Below, piece by piece: positions 32,940 through 42,666 of a stretch of DNA of 64,000 nt. The position numbers and the translations under genes are program-made. Numbering within the stretch: position 1 is the first letter of the stretch; each line of letters begins with the position of its first letter. The stretch is from NCBI GenBank assembly GCA_902571375.1, contig CACGBP010000002.1:113986-177985 (forward strand), in the 5' to 3' direction. The stretch is from an uncultured Pelagibacteraceae bacterium. Lineage in GTDB: Bacteria > Pseudomonadota > Alphaproteobacteria > Pelagibacterales > Pelagibacteraceae. The notes under the pieces are model-generated. The model saw only the letters and a program-made list of their open reading frames with translations. It had not been told where the DNA came from and did no database searches.

Positions 32940-34347
32940 GAATTTCGAAAATGTTCCTAATAATAATAATCAAATAGTAATTTTTGGTAGTGGTCCTGCT
33001 GGTATATCTTTAGCTTTAGAGCTAGAGAAAAAAAAAATCAAATCTCTTATAATAGAAGCAGGAAAAAAATCTTATAGTGATGCTTCTCAAGAAAATTATA
33101 AATATAAAATAATTGGGGATGATTTATCAGATCTAAAATATAGTAGATTAAGACAATTTGGTGGTACAAGTGACCTTTGGGGTGGATGGTGTAGACCAAT
33201 AGAGGATTGGAACCTGGAAAAATGGGACTTAAATTCAAATGAAATTGATAGATATTCTAATCAAGCATGTGAAATCCTTGATATCAAACTTGATTTTAAA
33301 AAAGCAAAATTAAATGAGTATTTCAACCAAATTCAATTTCAGTATTCACCTGTTAAATTTGCTCAAAAATATGAAAATCATATTTCAAATTCTAAATTAA
33401 TTAATCTATGTTTAAACAGCCAAGTCACGAACTTTACAGGTGAAAATGGAAATTTTAAACAAGCTAGAATTATTTCAAATCAAAAAGAATTTTTAGTAAA
33501 CTCTAAATTTTTCATCCTGGCTTGTGGTGGAATTGAAAATTCAAGAATACTACTTTGGACTATTAAACAGAGTAAAGGATTGATTGACCAAGATTTACCT
33601 ATTGGAAAATATTGGATGTCACATCCTTGGTTCCTAGGTGGTATTGGTTTTTTAAAAAAAGAAAAACTAAAAAATCTTTTAGGAACAAATTTTATAACTT
33701 ATGATGGACCAATTCATTTAGCTTCAAGTAAAAAATTAGTTAAAGAGAAAGACATTCTTAGTGGTGCTATTTATCTTAATGCAGATGAAGATACTAAAAT
33801 CTATAAAGAAATTGTAAAAGATTTTCTATGCGTATCTCCAAAATATGGAAAAAAAATCGCCAAAATGCTTTTAAATAAAGATTTAAAATGTGGAAATATA
33901 TTTATGAATCTAGAGGAAGAACCAAATCCAAAAAATAGAATATCTTTGGATACCTCTGAAAAAGACATGAATGGAATGCCAATTACTAATCTTTATTATA
34001 AAAAATCTACAAAAACACTTATAACAGCAAAAAGAATCTTGGAGGAAATGGGAAATTTATTTGTAAATGAAAATCTAGGTCGTGTAGCAATTAGAGATGA
34101 AATTGAAAACCTAGACAACTACGAAAATCTTGGTACTTATCACCATATGGGTGGGACTAGGATAGGAAAAAATAAAAAAGATTCAGTTGTAAACAGTAAT
34201 TTAAAATTACATGAATCAAAAAACTTATTTATTACAGGAAGTTCGGTATTTACAACAGGTGGATATGCGAATCCAACTTATACTATTGTTAAGCTAAGTA
34301 TAAGACTTGCAGACGAATTAGAAAAACAACTAAAAAAAATTTCATGA
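32929..34347 (+). CDS. GMC-family FAD oxidoreductase
   Basis: GSGPAG...EAG FAD fold, R.FGGTS..WGG, LACGGIENSR.LL, HHMGGTRIG, ANPT.TI; no signal peptide. Confidence 0.9.
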   Translation: MIFKNFENVPNNNNQIVIFGSGPAGISLALELEKKKIKSLIIEAGKKSYSDASQENYKYKIIGDDLSDLKYSRLRQFGGTSDLWGGWCRPIEDWNLEKWDLNSNEIDRYSNQACEILDIKLDFKKAKLNEYFNQIQFQYSPVKFAQKYENHISNSKLINLCLNSQVTNFTGENGNFKQARIISNQKEFLVNSKFFILACGGIENSRILLWTIKQSKGLIDQDLPIGKYWMSHPWFLGGIGFLKKEKLKNLLGTNFITYDGPIHLASSKKLVKEKDILSGAIYLNADEDTKIYKEIVKDFLCVSPKYGKKIAKMLLNKDLKCGNIFMNLEEEPNPKNRISLDTSEKDMNGMPITNLYYKKSTKTLITAKRILEEMGNLFVNENLGRVAIRDEIENLDNYENLGTYHHMGGTRIGKNKKDSVVNSNLKLHESKNLFITGSSVFTTGGYANPTYTIVKLSIRLADELEKQLKKIS

Positions 34348-35063
34348 TAAGCTATCTTAAACTTAAAAAGTTTAATTTTCTATTAATATTGATTTGTTTG
34401 TTTGTTCTTATGAATAGAACTGATTTTATTAAAGATTTTAGTAGAGTTTTAAAATCTGACGAACCATCAAGAATAGTTGATAGATATGGATTTTGCGGTG
34501 GTGAAAGTATTGGTTATTTAAGATATTTAAAAGAAAAATTTAATTTTAAATCCAACCCTAAAATAATAAACTTTATACATACTCCTCCAACTAATTGGTC
34601 TATATACGATACTAATAGTATTAATCTAAAAAGTGATTTTGAAATTTTGATTAATTATCCGGGTGAAGAAATAGTTATTGAATTACCTCTTAACGATAAG
34701 CATTTTTTCTTACTAAAAAAAAGTAACTATTCTCTTGGAAATTCATCAAAAGAGATCATTAAGTTCTATATTGAGGATAAAACAATTAAAAATTTAAGTA
34801 TCGAATTTTTTAGCTTTGATAATTTCAAAATTAAAAAAAAAATTTCAAATCTTAATATTAAAAGATCCAATAATAATTTATTTATAATTAAAAATTCTGA
34901 GAATAAATTAGGTTTTGGGAAAAAAAATATCTTAATAAAGATTACTTCTGAAAAAGGAATTTACAAAAATGATGATCTCAAATTAATTTTTCAAAATAAA
35001 TATCAACTAAATACATTAGAAATTTTAAATAATTATCAAAACTGCTATTTAATAAAAAAATGA
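34344..35063 (+). CDS. Hypothetical protein with N-terminal membrane anchor
   Basis: One hydrophobic segment; YGFCGGES.GY motif; C-terminal NCY; ATGA overlaps on both sides. Confidence 0.7.
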   Translation: MISYLKLKKFNFLLILICLFVLMNRTDFIKDFSRVLKSDEPSRIVDRYGFCGGESIGYLRYLKEKFNFKSNPKIINFIHTPPTNWSIYDTNSINLKSDFEILINYPGEEIVIELPLNDKHFFLLKKSNYSLGNSSKEIIKFYIEDKTIKNLSIEFFSFDNFKIKKKISNLNIKRSNNNLFIIKNSENKLGFGKKNILIKITSEKGIYKNDDLKLIFQNKYQLNTLEILNNYQNCYLIKK

Positions 35064-36247
35064 TCGAAATTTTTGATATAACCCTATTATTTATAATTTT
35101 TTCTTTATTTTTATTTTCTCCTCTAAATTTAAATGTAAAAAACATTTATATTGTTTTATTTTTAGCAATATTTTTACTTGTTAATTATTTTAAAGATTCT
35201 AAAAAAATAAAAGTTAGAGAAAATTTATTGATATTCTTAATTTTTTTTTCAATCTTTTTTATTTTTTCAATTGATATTGCAAATGAATTAAATCTTGGAT
35301 GGGATGCAAAATGGTTTTACCTAATCGAGTCATTGTACTATTCACAAGGTAACACTTTTAAAGAATTAACAGAACAAATGTTCAGAGATTTTCATCCACA
35401 CCCTCATTTAGGATCATATCTTTGGGCATTTTTTAGTAACTTGTCTATTAATAATCACGAGTACTACGGAAGACTTTTTTATCTTTTTTTATTTATTTTT
35501 GGATTATTTTTAATAACAAAAAAAATAATCCAGAATAAAAACTACGAACCTATTATATTAATAATCTTAACAATCGTTACTTACAAATATAAATACTTTT
35601 CAGGATTACAGGAAATAATAATTTTTACGAACTTAATTTTTATATCTATAGTTATTTACGATTACATCGTAGAGAAAAAATTTAGTGATTTATTAATAAT
35701 TTCATTATGTTTAAATTTAATCCTATGGACCAAGGCTGAAGGTATTGTTTATTTCCTAATTGTAATAAGTTGTATAAACTTAATCAAAAAAATTAATTTT
35801 TCACATCGAATTAAATTTAATATTTTATGTCTATCATTAATAGTCTTTAAATTTTTAGTTTATCAGTTTTTTGAAATTAAACCTAACAATCAACCTTACT
35901 CATTAAACTTTATTGAAAATCTTGATTTTGATATTTTATTTTATCAAATTTATAATATTACAATATATTTTGTTTATAATAGTATTAATAACATTATTTA
36001 TTTTGTTGTATTAATTGTTTTTTTTATGTCTAGAGATAAAATTTTCAAAGAAGAATATTACAAATTTATTTTTATATTTTTTTTATTAAATGTTTGTTTT
36101 ATTTATTCTGCTTATATTTTAAGAGATCAAGAAATAGTATATTCTCTAAAAACCACGATAGATAGAGTTGTATTTACATCCTCTGGATTTTATTTATTTT
36201 TTATTGGCATATATTTAAAAAAATTATCCTTTAACTTTATTAAGTGA
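35060..36247 (+). CDS. Polytopic membrane protein, putative GT-C (PMT_2/ArnT-like) glycosyltransferase
   Basis: LGWDAKWF..., HPHLGSY, K.EG and late DR motifs in a multi-TM frame; family call is inference. Confidence 0.6.
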   Translation: MIEIFDITLLFIIFSLFLFSPLNLNVKNIYIVLFLAIFLLVNYFKDSKKIKVRENLLIFLIFFSIFFIFSIDIANELNLGWDAKWFYLIESLYYSQGNTFKELTEQMFRDFHPHPHLGSYLWAFFSNLSINNHEYYGRLFYLFLFIFGLFLITKKIIQNKNYEPIILIILTIVTYKYKYFSGLQEIIIFTNLIFISIVIYDYIVEKKFSDLLIISLCLNLILWTKAEGIVYFLIVISCINLIKKINFSHRIKFNILCLSLIVFKFLVYQFFEIKPNNQPYSLNFIENLDFDILFYQIYNITIYFVYNSINNIIYFVVLIVFFMSRDKIFKEEYYKFIFIFFLLNVCFIYSAYILRDQEIVYSLKTTIDRVVFTSSGFYLFFIGIYLKKLSFNFIK

Positions 36248-36267
36248 TATAAAATAAATAATTATAT

Positions 36268-37059
36268 ATGTTTTTTTTTAATTTCATTAGAAATCTAAAT
36301 AAGAATAGAAAAAATCTAAGAAAAGAAAATAAAGAAATTTTAAAAAAAAAATCAATCATGGAATTAATCAAAAATAATAATGTTGCAACAAATTGCTCTA
36401 CTTTTTATGACACTAATAATATCTTATCAAAACTTTGTGAAAAATATGGAACAGACAAAGGTTATGTAAAATTTGAAAAAGAAACCCCTTATGGATGGAG
36501 GCCACATTCATATAGTACTTATTATCACTCTTTATTTTCTCATTGTAGAAAGGATGTGAAACTAGTTTTTGAATGTGGTATTGGAAGTAACAACCTTGAT
36601 GTAGAGTCTAATATGACAACTAGTGGTAAGCCTGGAGCATCTTTAAGAGTTTGGAGAGAGTATTTTAATAACGCACAAGTAATTGGTGCTGATATAGATA
36701 AAAGAATTTTATTTCAAGAAGATAGAATTAATACCTACGAAGTAAATCAATTAAACCCCGCTTCTATTAAAAATATGTGGTCAAATATAAAATATGATAA
36801 TTTTGATATAATTATTGACGATGGTCTGCACACACTCGAGGCCGGATTAATTTTTTTCCAAAATTCTTTTGAAAAATTAAAAGAAGGAGGAATTTATATA
36901 ATAGAAGATGTAGATTTATCATATTTAAATAATCTCAAAGATGAATTAATCGAATATAATCCTGAAATTGTAATTCTAAATAATAATTATTCCAATAAAA
37001 GTTCTTTTAGACATGAAAATCTGAATGATAATAATTTAATTGTTGTAAGAAAATTATAA
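36268..37059 (+). CDS. Class I SAM methyltransferase resembling MycE/TylE/OleY sugar O-methyltransferases
   Basis: KYGTDK, H.Y...Y, E.GIG, GASLRVWREYF, GADID, FDIIIDDGLH, LK.GG.YIIED. Confidence 0.75.
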   Translation: MFFFNFIRNLNKNRKNLRKENKEILKKKSIMELIKNNNVATNCSTFYDTNNILSKLCEKYGTDKGYVKFEKETPYGWRPHSYSTYYHSLFSHCRKDVKLVFECGIGSNNLDVESNMTTSGKPGASLRVWREYFNNAQVIGADIDKRILFQEDRINTYEVNQLNPASIKNMWSNIKYDNFDIIIDDGLHTLEAGLIFFQNSFEKLKEGGIYIIEDVDLSYLNNLKDELIEYNPEIVILNNNYSNKSSFRHENLNDNNLIVVRKL

Positions 37060-37070
37060 GAAAAAATAAA

Positions 37071-38273
37071 ATGAGACAAATTTTTAAGATTTTTATTTTA
37101 TCAATTTTTTTTTTATCAGTTTACTTTTTTCTTTTTTGGTCAGGTATAATTAAATATTTAGCCTTAGGTTCATCATATTATTTTGGAGATTATGAATTAT
37201 TTAAAAATGCTTTGAGCTGTGTAAATAAAGGGTTAAGTCCATACAATGGACCACCAGAATTAAACTGCAAAGGATACAATTATGGTTATGTGCTACTTGT
37301 TCTTATGCCCTTTAAAGATTTCATTGTAAATGCAAATGAATTCACGTTACCTATATTTCTTACAACTATATTTATAATTTTTAGTGTTCAAATATTAAAT
37401 CCAAAAAATTATTTTCAATTTTTTGTTTGTTTATTGGCTCTATTAAATCCTGCTACTTTATTATTAATCGAAAGAATGAACTTAGATTTATTATTATATT
37501 TAATCATCATTATTCTAGCTTTTAACAAAATATATTTTTTAAATTGGCTTTTAGTAGCTTATTCCTTTCTTTTTAAATTTCATCCATTCATTTATGGAAT
37601 AATAATTTTTGTTGAAAAAGAAAAAAGAAAATTAAAAAATTTATTATTAATCTTTTTTTTTATTCTTATTATATCAATTTTATCCATTTATATTTATAGA
37701 GAAGAATATACTTTGATGTTTATAGATTCTGGGTCATGGAAAATGGGACTCCATTATTTATATTCTATAAAAACTATTCCGAAAATTTTAAAAGAATCTT
37801 TTTCTTTTCATTATGGATTAATGCTTTTAATTATCTACATATTATTTATATTTCAAATTACAAAAAGAGTATCTAAATATGAAATTCACAGTAACTATGA
37901 TTTTGAAAAAAAATTGTTTTTATTAAGCTCTAATAGTCTCTTGTTTTGTTTTATTACTTTCTCAAATGCGTTTTATAGAGAGGTATTTCTAGTTTTAACT
38001 ATTCCTTATTTATTGGCAAATATAAAAGATTTTAAAAATGTTGTTTATTTGATTTGTTTCAAATTTTTGTTCAATTTTATATATACAATAGATTTAAATT
38101 TTGAAACTTTTTACCATGTTGATGATATTAGGATTTACAAAGCTCATTTTTTGATGATTGTTTTTCTGAAAGGGGTTATAGATTATATTCTAATGCTTTT
38201 TATTGGTTCGATTGCTTTCCGAATGAATTTAGATCTTTTAAAAAAAATTAATAAAAATATTATTAGAAATTAA
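37071..38273 (+). CDS. Polytopic membrane protein, GT87-like GT-C glycosyltransferase
   Basis: F.D in first loop, Cys-containing loop with NY, ER.N.D and K..P motifs; many TMs. Confidence 0.6.
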   Translation: MRQIFKIFILSIFFLSVYFFLFWSGIIKYLALGSSYYFGDYELFKNALSCVNKGLSPYNGPPELNCKGYNYGYVLLVLMPFKDFIVNANEFTLPIFLTTIFIIFSVQILNPKNYFQFFVCLLALLNPATLLLIERMNLDLLLYLIIIILAFNKIYFLNWLLVAYSFLFKFHPFIYGIIIFVEKEKRKLKNLLLIFFFILIISILSIYIYREEYTLMFIDSGSWKMGLHYLYSIKTIPKILKESFSFHYGLMLLIIYILFIFQITKRVSKYEIHSNYDFEKKLFLLSSNSLLFCFITFSNAFYREVFLVLTIPYLLANIKDFKNVVYLICFKFLFNFIYTIDLNFETFYHVDDIRIYKAHFLMIVFLKGVIDYILMLFIGSIAFRMNLDLLKKINKNIIRN

Positions 38274-38278
38274 ATATA

Positions 38279-39064
38279 ATGAACAATAAAATTATTAAAA
38301 AAAATTTTCCAATTAATTCACAAACATCAAATATTGATAAATTAGTAATATTAAATGTTATTAAAATAATAAAAAAAAATAAAAAAAATTTTAATTATCT
38401 TGAAATAGGGTCATTTTTAGGTGGAAGTTTAACTCCTTTTTTATCTGAAAAAAAATGTCGACTTGTTATGTCTGTCGATAAAAGAAACCAAAAACAAGAT
38501 GACGAAAGAAATGAAGAATGGAGTTACAAAAACATTGATGAAAAAGATATGGTCAATGGATTAAAAAAACATGGTTTGAATACTTCAAAACTTAAGACTT
38601 TCAATGGAGATATAAAAAATTTTAAAACAAAAAAAAAATTTGATTTATCTTTTATTGATGGAATACATACAGATATCAATACTTTTTCTGATTTTTTAAA
38701 TGTTTTAAAATTAACTACTAAAGATTGCATAGTTCTATTTCATGATAGTTCTATAATTTTTAAATCAATAAGTATGATTAATCTTTTGCTTTTAAATCAA
38801 AAATATAAGTTTAAGTTAGCAAAATTTAGAAATTCTGAAATTACAGGTATTTTTTTTGAAAAATACGCTCAATTAAATCTAAACAATTTAATTTCACCAA
38901 CAGAGAAATTTGATAGGTTTTGTAGAACAGCTGGCGAAAATTTACTTTTAGAACAAATTAATAATAGATTGAAGATAAATTTCAAATTTTCAAGATTCAT
39001 TAAAAATAAAAATCCTTATAAAATCAGCTTAAGAAAAAAAGAAAAAAAAGAAATTATTATTTAA
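38279..39064 (+). CDS. Class I SAM methyltransferase (Methyltransf_24-like)
   Basis: YLEIGSFLGGSL, FD.SFIDGIHT, FHDS. Confidence 0.8.
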   Translation: MNNKIIKKNFPINSQTSNIDKLVILNVIKIIKKNKKNFNYLEIGSFLGGSLTPFLSEKKCRLVMSVDKRNQKQDDERNEEWSYKNIDEKDMVNGLKKHGLNTSKLKTFNGDIKNFKTKKKFDLSFIDGIHTDINTFSDFLNVLKLTTKDCIVLFHDSSIIFKSISMINLLLLNQKYKFKLAKFRNSEITGIFFEKYAQLNLNNLISPTEKFDRFCRTAGENLLLEQINNRLKINFKFSRFIKNKNPYKISLRKKEKKEIII

Positions 39065-39067
39065 AAG

Positions 39068-39892
39068 ATGTTTACAAAAATTTTAAAAAAAATAATTAAA
39101 AAAATTCAAAAAAAAAATCAACCAAATAAAGTTAATATTGTGGAAAAAAAATTGAATGAATATCATTTAATTTCGAACGGTCAATTTAATAAAGATGTTA
39201 AACTTAAAATTGTTACATCTCATGATGATAATTATAAAGATATTGGAAGTATAACTACAAAATCAATGCATAAATACGCTGACAAGTTCAACCTGAAATT
39301 TGAATTTTTAAATATGCCAGACACTGGAAGAGTTCAAACCTGGAACAAAATTTTACAGATTAAAAATGAAATATTAAAAAAAGAAAATGATTATATCATG
39401 TGGGTTGATGCAGATGCATTTTTCCTCAATGATGCTCAAAATATTTTATCAGTCATAGATAATAAATATGAAATTTATTTAAGCAGTCATTATTGTAGTG
39501 TATTTAAAGGATCAAATTATAAAAATACAATTTTAACAACTAATAGAATTAATTGTGGTGTGATGATTTTCAAAGTCAGTAATTTTTGTTTAGAATTTTT
39601 GGAAAAAGTTTGGAGTAAAAAAGAATACATAAATCATTTTTGGTATGAACAAGCAGCAATAATGGATTTAGTGGGTTTAAAAGCAGATATAACTGGTAAT
39701 TTAAATGATAATAAAGGTAACGATTTATATTTAAACAAAATCAAATTTCTTTCAAAAGAATGGAATTCAATACCTTCTTTTGGTGCAATCAGCTCTGAAA
39801 GTATAAGACCTTCAATTATTCATTTGGCTGGAATAGAAAATGATGAAAGAATTCAACTTCTCAACGACTATATTAAGAGAGGTAAGATTTAA
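39068..39892 (+). CDS. GT34 (GMA12/MNN10-like) glycosyltransferase
   Basis: W.K, WVDADA (DxD), IN.GV, EQAA, WNS, IIHLAG. Confidence 0.75.
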   Translation: MFTKILKKIIKKIQKKNQPNKVNIVEKKLNEYHLISNGQFNKDVKLKIVTSHDDNYKDIGSITTKSMHKYADKFNLKFEFLNMPDTGRVQTWNKILQIKNEILKKENDYIMWVDADAFFLNDAQNILSVIDNKYEIYLSSHYCSVFKGSNYKNTILTTNRINCGVMIFKVSNFCLEFLEKVWSKKEYINHFWYEQAAIMDLVGLKADITGNLNDNKGNDLYLNKIKFLSKEWNSIPSFGAISSESIRPSIIHLAGIENDERIQLLNDYIKRGKI

Positions 39893-39895
39893 TTA

Positions 39896-40510
39896 CTATT
39901 TTTTACATACTGTTGTAAACCAAGTGTAGGGAATAAAAAGTTGAGACACAATTTTATAATTTATTATTTTAAAGTGATTCTTTAATAAAAACAAATATTC
40001 TTTTTTATTTCTAACATTCATTCCCCTATCTTTCTGAATCAAAAATTTTGCAATCGTATTTTGATTTTTAATCAAAATTGGATCTTCGGTAAGAATTTTG
40101 CAATTTTTTTTCATTATTTTTTTACATAAGTTTAATATGGAATTTACTTCATCATTATTCAGATGGTGTAAAATTCCAAATAAAATTATGTAATCAAATT
40201 TTGGTAATTTACTTATTTCCTTTTTATTAAAAATCTTACAAAAAAATCTGTATCTTTTATTAAAATATTTTTTTTTTGCATACTCAATTGATCTTTTATC
40301 AATGTCATATCCATAATATTCACAGTCCTGAATATAATCTAAAATTTCAGCTGGCCCACATCCAATATCTAAAATTTTTAAATTTTTTTTCCTAATATGA
40401 TTCTTAATAATTTTTCTTCTGAATGATGTCCCTGACATAATTTTTTGAATAATCTTATAAACAAAAGGGTTGTTAATGAAATTATGAAATATATTCTTTC
40501 TTTGAGCCAT
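39896..40510 (-). CDS. Class I SAM methyltransferase
   Basis: ILDIGCGPA, Y.G.DID, FD......ILHHL, DRG.NVR. Confidence 0.85.
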   Translation of the reverse strand: MAQRKNIFHNFINNPFVYKIIQKIMSGTSFRRKIIKNHIRKKNLKILDIGCGPAEILDYIQDCEYYGYDIDKRSIEYAKKKYFNKRYRFFCKIFNKKEISKLPKFDYIILFGILHHLNNDEVNSILNLCKKIMKKNCKILTEDPILIKNQNTIAKFLIQKDRGMNVRNKKEYLFLLKNHFKIINYKIVSQLFIPYTWFTTVCKK

Positions 40511-40612
40511 TTAAATAAATCTAATTAATTATAAATATATATACAATTATGTTAATAAAACAAAAGTACTTAAATTATTTAAAAATTAAAACTAACATAA
40601 AATTAATATTTA

Positions 40613-41401
40613 ATGGAAAAAATAAAAGTCTCAATAATTATTCCAGTTTATAACAGTTTTGAAATTTTAGATGATTTAAATCAAAGAATTTTAAGATCAT
40701 TAGAAAATGTCAATCTTTCAGAAAGTTTTGAACTAATAATGATCAATGATTTCAGTAAAGATAAAAGTTGGGATAAAATTAAATATTTATCGTCTAAATA
40801 TAATTACATCAAGGGAATAAATCTCTCTGATAATTTTGGACAACATAATGCAATTATGGCTGGATTAAATAATTGTAAAGGAGAATATGTAATTACAATT
40901 GACGATGATCTTCAACATCCACCTGAATTTTTTCCAGAAATAATTAAAAAACTAGAAAATTATGATGTTTGTTATACGAATTATAGAAATAGAAAACATA
41001 ATTTTTGGAAAAAGATTGTTAGTAAAATTAATAATATAGTTTCAAGTTTTTTATTAAATAAGCCCTTGAATATTTATTTGTCCTCTTTTCGTGGTTTAAA
41101 AAGAAAAGTAGTTTTAGATATAATCAAATTTAATAAACCTAACGTCTATATTGATGGAATAATAATAAGAGCAACTAAAAATATTGGAATAATAACAGTA
41201 GATCATGATGAAAGAAAATCAGGCAAAAGTAATTATAATTTAAAAAAACTTTTTATTTTATGGTCTAATATGGTAATTGACTTAAAATTTTACCCAATAA
41301 GAATTTCATCAATATTTGGTTTTATCTTAAAGTTTTTTGTAATTTTATTAAGAAAAGAAGAAGATAAACCTCAGTATGAAATTTTAGAACGGATACCTTA
41401 A
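40613..41401 (+). CDS. GT2 polyprenyl-phosphate glycosyltransferase (GtrB/ArnC-like), reduced C-terminal membrane part
   Basis: SIIIPVYNS, ND.SKDKSW, NFGQHNAIMAG, DDDLQHPPE, R..GKSNY, terminal KPQY.I. Confidence 0.85.
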   Translation: MEKIKVSIIIPVYNSFEILDDLNQRILRSLENVNLSESFELIMINDFSKDKSWDKIKYLSSKYNYIKGINLSDNFGQHNAIMAGLNNCKGEYVITIDDDLQHPPEFFPEIIKKLENYDVCYTNYRNRKHNFWKKIVSKINNIVSSFLLNKPLNIYLSSFRGLKRKVVLDIIKFNKPNVYIDGIIIRATKNIGIITVDHDERKSGKSNYNLKKLFILWSNMVIDLKFYPIRISSIFGFILKFFVILLRKEEDKPQYEILERIP

Positions 41402-41404
41402 AAT

Positions 41405-42262
41405 TTATTTAATAATCTTTTTCCAGTAATTTTGAAACAAATAATCATTATTAAAATATTTTTTTTTAGAAAAATAAAGCTTAGAAAGTTTATTCTCATT
41501 ATATTTTGATAAATCTGACCAATTATTCAAAATTAATATTGGTAGGTTTGCTTTTTTTAGAAATCTTGAAATTTTATTTTTTTTAATTATTGGTATAGTT
41601 TTTAAATAAAAAGCTTCCCACATTCTATGCGTATCAATGCCATTTCCTTCTGGACACACAACAAACATATAGTTAAGCAAAATTCTTCTATAAAAAAAAG
41701 AATTCCATCCTTTGGTCTCGTCAATTATATCTATTTTTTTTAAAGTTTTTTTTATATTTAATCTATTTGGATTAGTAATTTTAAATCCTGATAAAATTCT
41801 TGATTTCTTTTTCACATTTTTTTTTCTTAATTCTAAAAAATCAATCACATCGCCATTATTATGAAGTTTACTATTTTCTATACCTATTGGTATAAAATGA
41901 TAATTTTTTTTGTTAAAAATTAAATTTTGTGAAAAGCATTTTTTTGGTTTAAAAAAATCTAATCTTTTTTTCATTTTTAAATCAAACGTCTCATCTGAAT
42001 TATGAAAAATCCATACTTTTTTTTCATATTTTAAATAATCTTTTTTTAATGGAAAATTATTTAATGTTGAAAAAATAATATTAGATTTTTGCCTATTTTT
42101 ATTATTTTTTTGAAAAGTTTCAAAAAATTCTCCAGAAATAAATAAATTATTTTCTACTTTAGAAGCCAGCTTTTTTTTTATGCTCAATCTTAATCTAAAA
42201 ATTAAATTAATTATAAATTGAAAAAAAAATTCAAGAAAGTTATTTGGTTTTAAAAAAATCAT
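41405..42262 (-). CDS. Putative exostosin/GT47-like glycosyltransferase
   Basis: HNSD, IPIGIEN, F.VCPEGNGIDTHRMWEA.....IPI, LP.L....W. Confidence 0.6.
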   Translation of the reverse strand: MIFLKPNNFLEFFFQFIINLIFRLRLSIKKKLASKVENNLFISGEFFETFQKNNKNRQKSNIIFSTLNNFPLKKDYLKYEKKVWIFHNSDETFDLKMKKRLDFFKPKKCFSQNLIFNKKNYHFIPIGIENSKLHNNGDVIDFLELRKKNVKKKSRILSGFKITNPNRLNIKKTLKKIDIIDETKGWNSFFYRRILLNYMFVVCPEGNGIDTHRMWEAFYLKTIPIIKKNKISRFLKKANLPILILNNWSDLSKYNENKLSKLYFSKKKYFNNDYLFQNYWKKIIK

Positions 42263-42666
42263 TTTTTTTCACTAAGAGCTCTAATTAAAAAATTCATATC
42301 TAAATTACAGTCTTTATAACCCTTCTTCACTACATTTAGATATCTCTCAGTTGGGAAACGAAATTGAGTTTTTTTAACCATTGTATAAGTCATTACTTTT
42401 TTTCCATAATAAAAAAAATAAAATTTCTTATATAAAATTGGATAATCTTCATATAGATCTAATTTTTTTTCATCACTTTTAGATATTTCAAAAAGGCCTC
42501 CAGGTACTATTGAATTAGTTTTTTGCTCTATATCCGCTGCTCTGTATTTACTTCTAAAAGTTAATCTAAAGTTTTTTAAATTTATTTTTTTTAAATATAA
42601 ACTATCTTTACATCTTCGTTTCATTTGAAAATGATGAAGATTACTACCGTAAGCGAAATAAAGCAT
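42259..42666 (-). CDS. Gamma-glutamylcyclotransferase family protein
   Basis: YFAYGSNL...QM..RC, LD.YE. Confidence 0.85.
   Translation of the reverse strand: MLYFAYGSNLHHFQMKRRCKDSLYLKKINLKNFRLTFRSKYRAADIEQKTNSIVPGGLFEISKSDEKKLDLYEDYPILYKKFYFFYYGKKVMTYTMVKKTQFRFPTERYLNVVKKGYKDCNLDMNFLIRALSEKK

Larger units (their letters stand above)
32772..42262. other. Accessory glycan-modification island next to tRNA-Leu
   Basis: Block of GTs, methyltransferases and membrane proteins, visibly more AT-rich than core genes; no integrase or att repeat seen. Confidence 0.75.
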
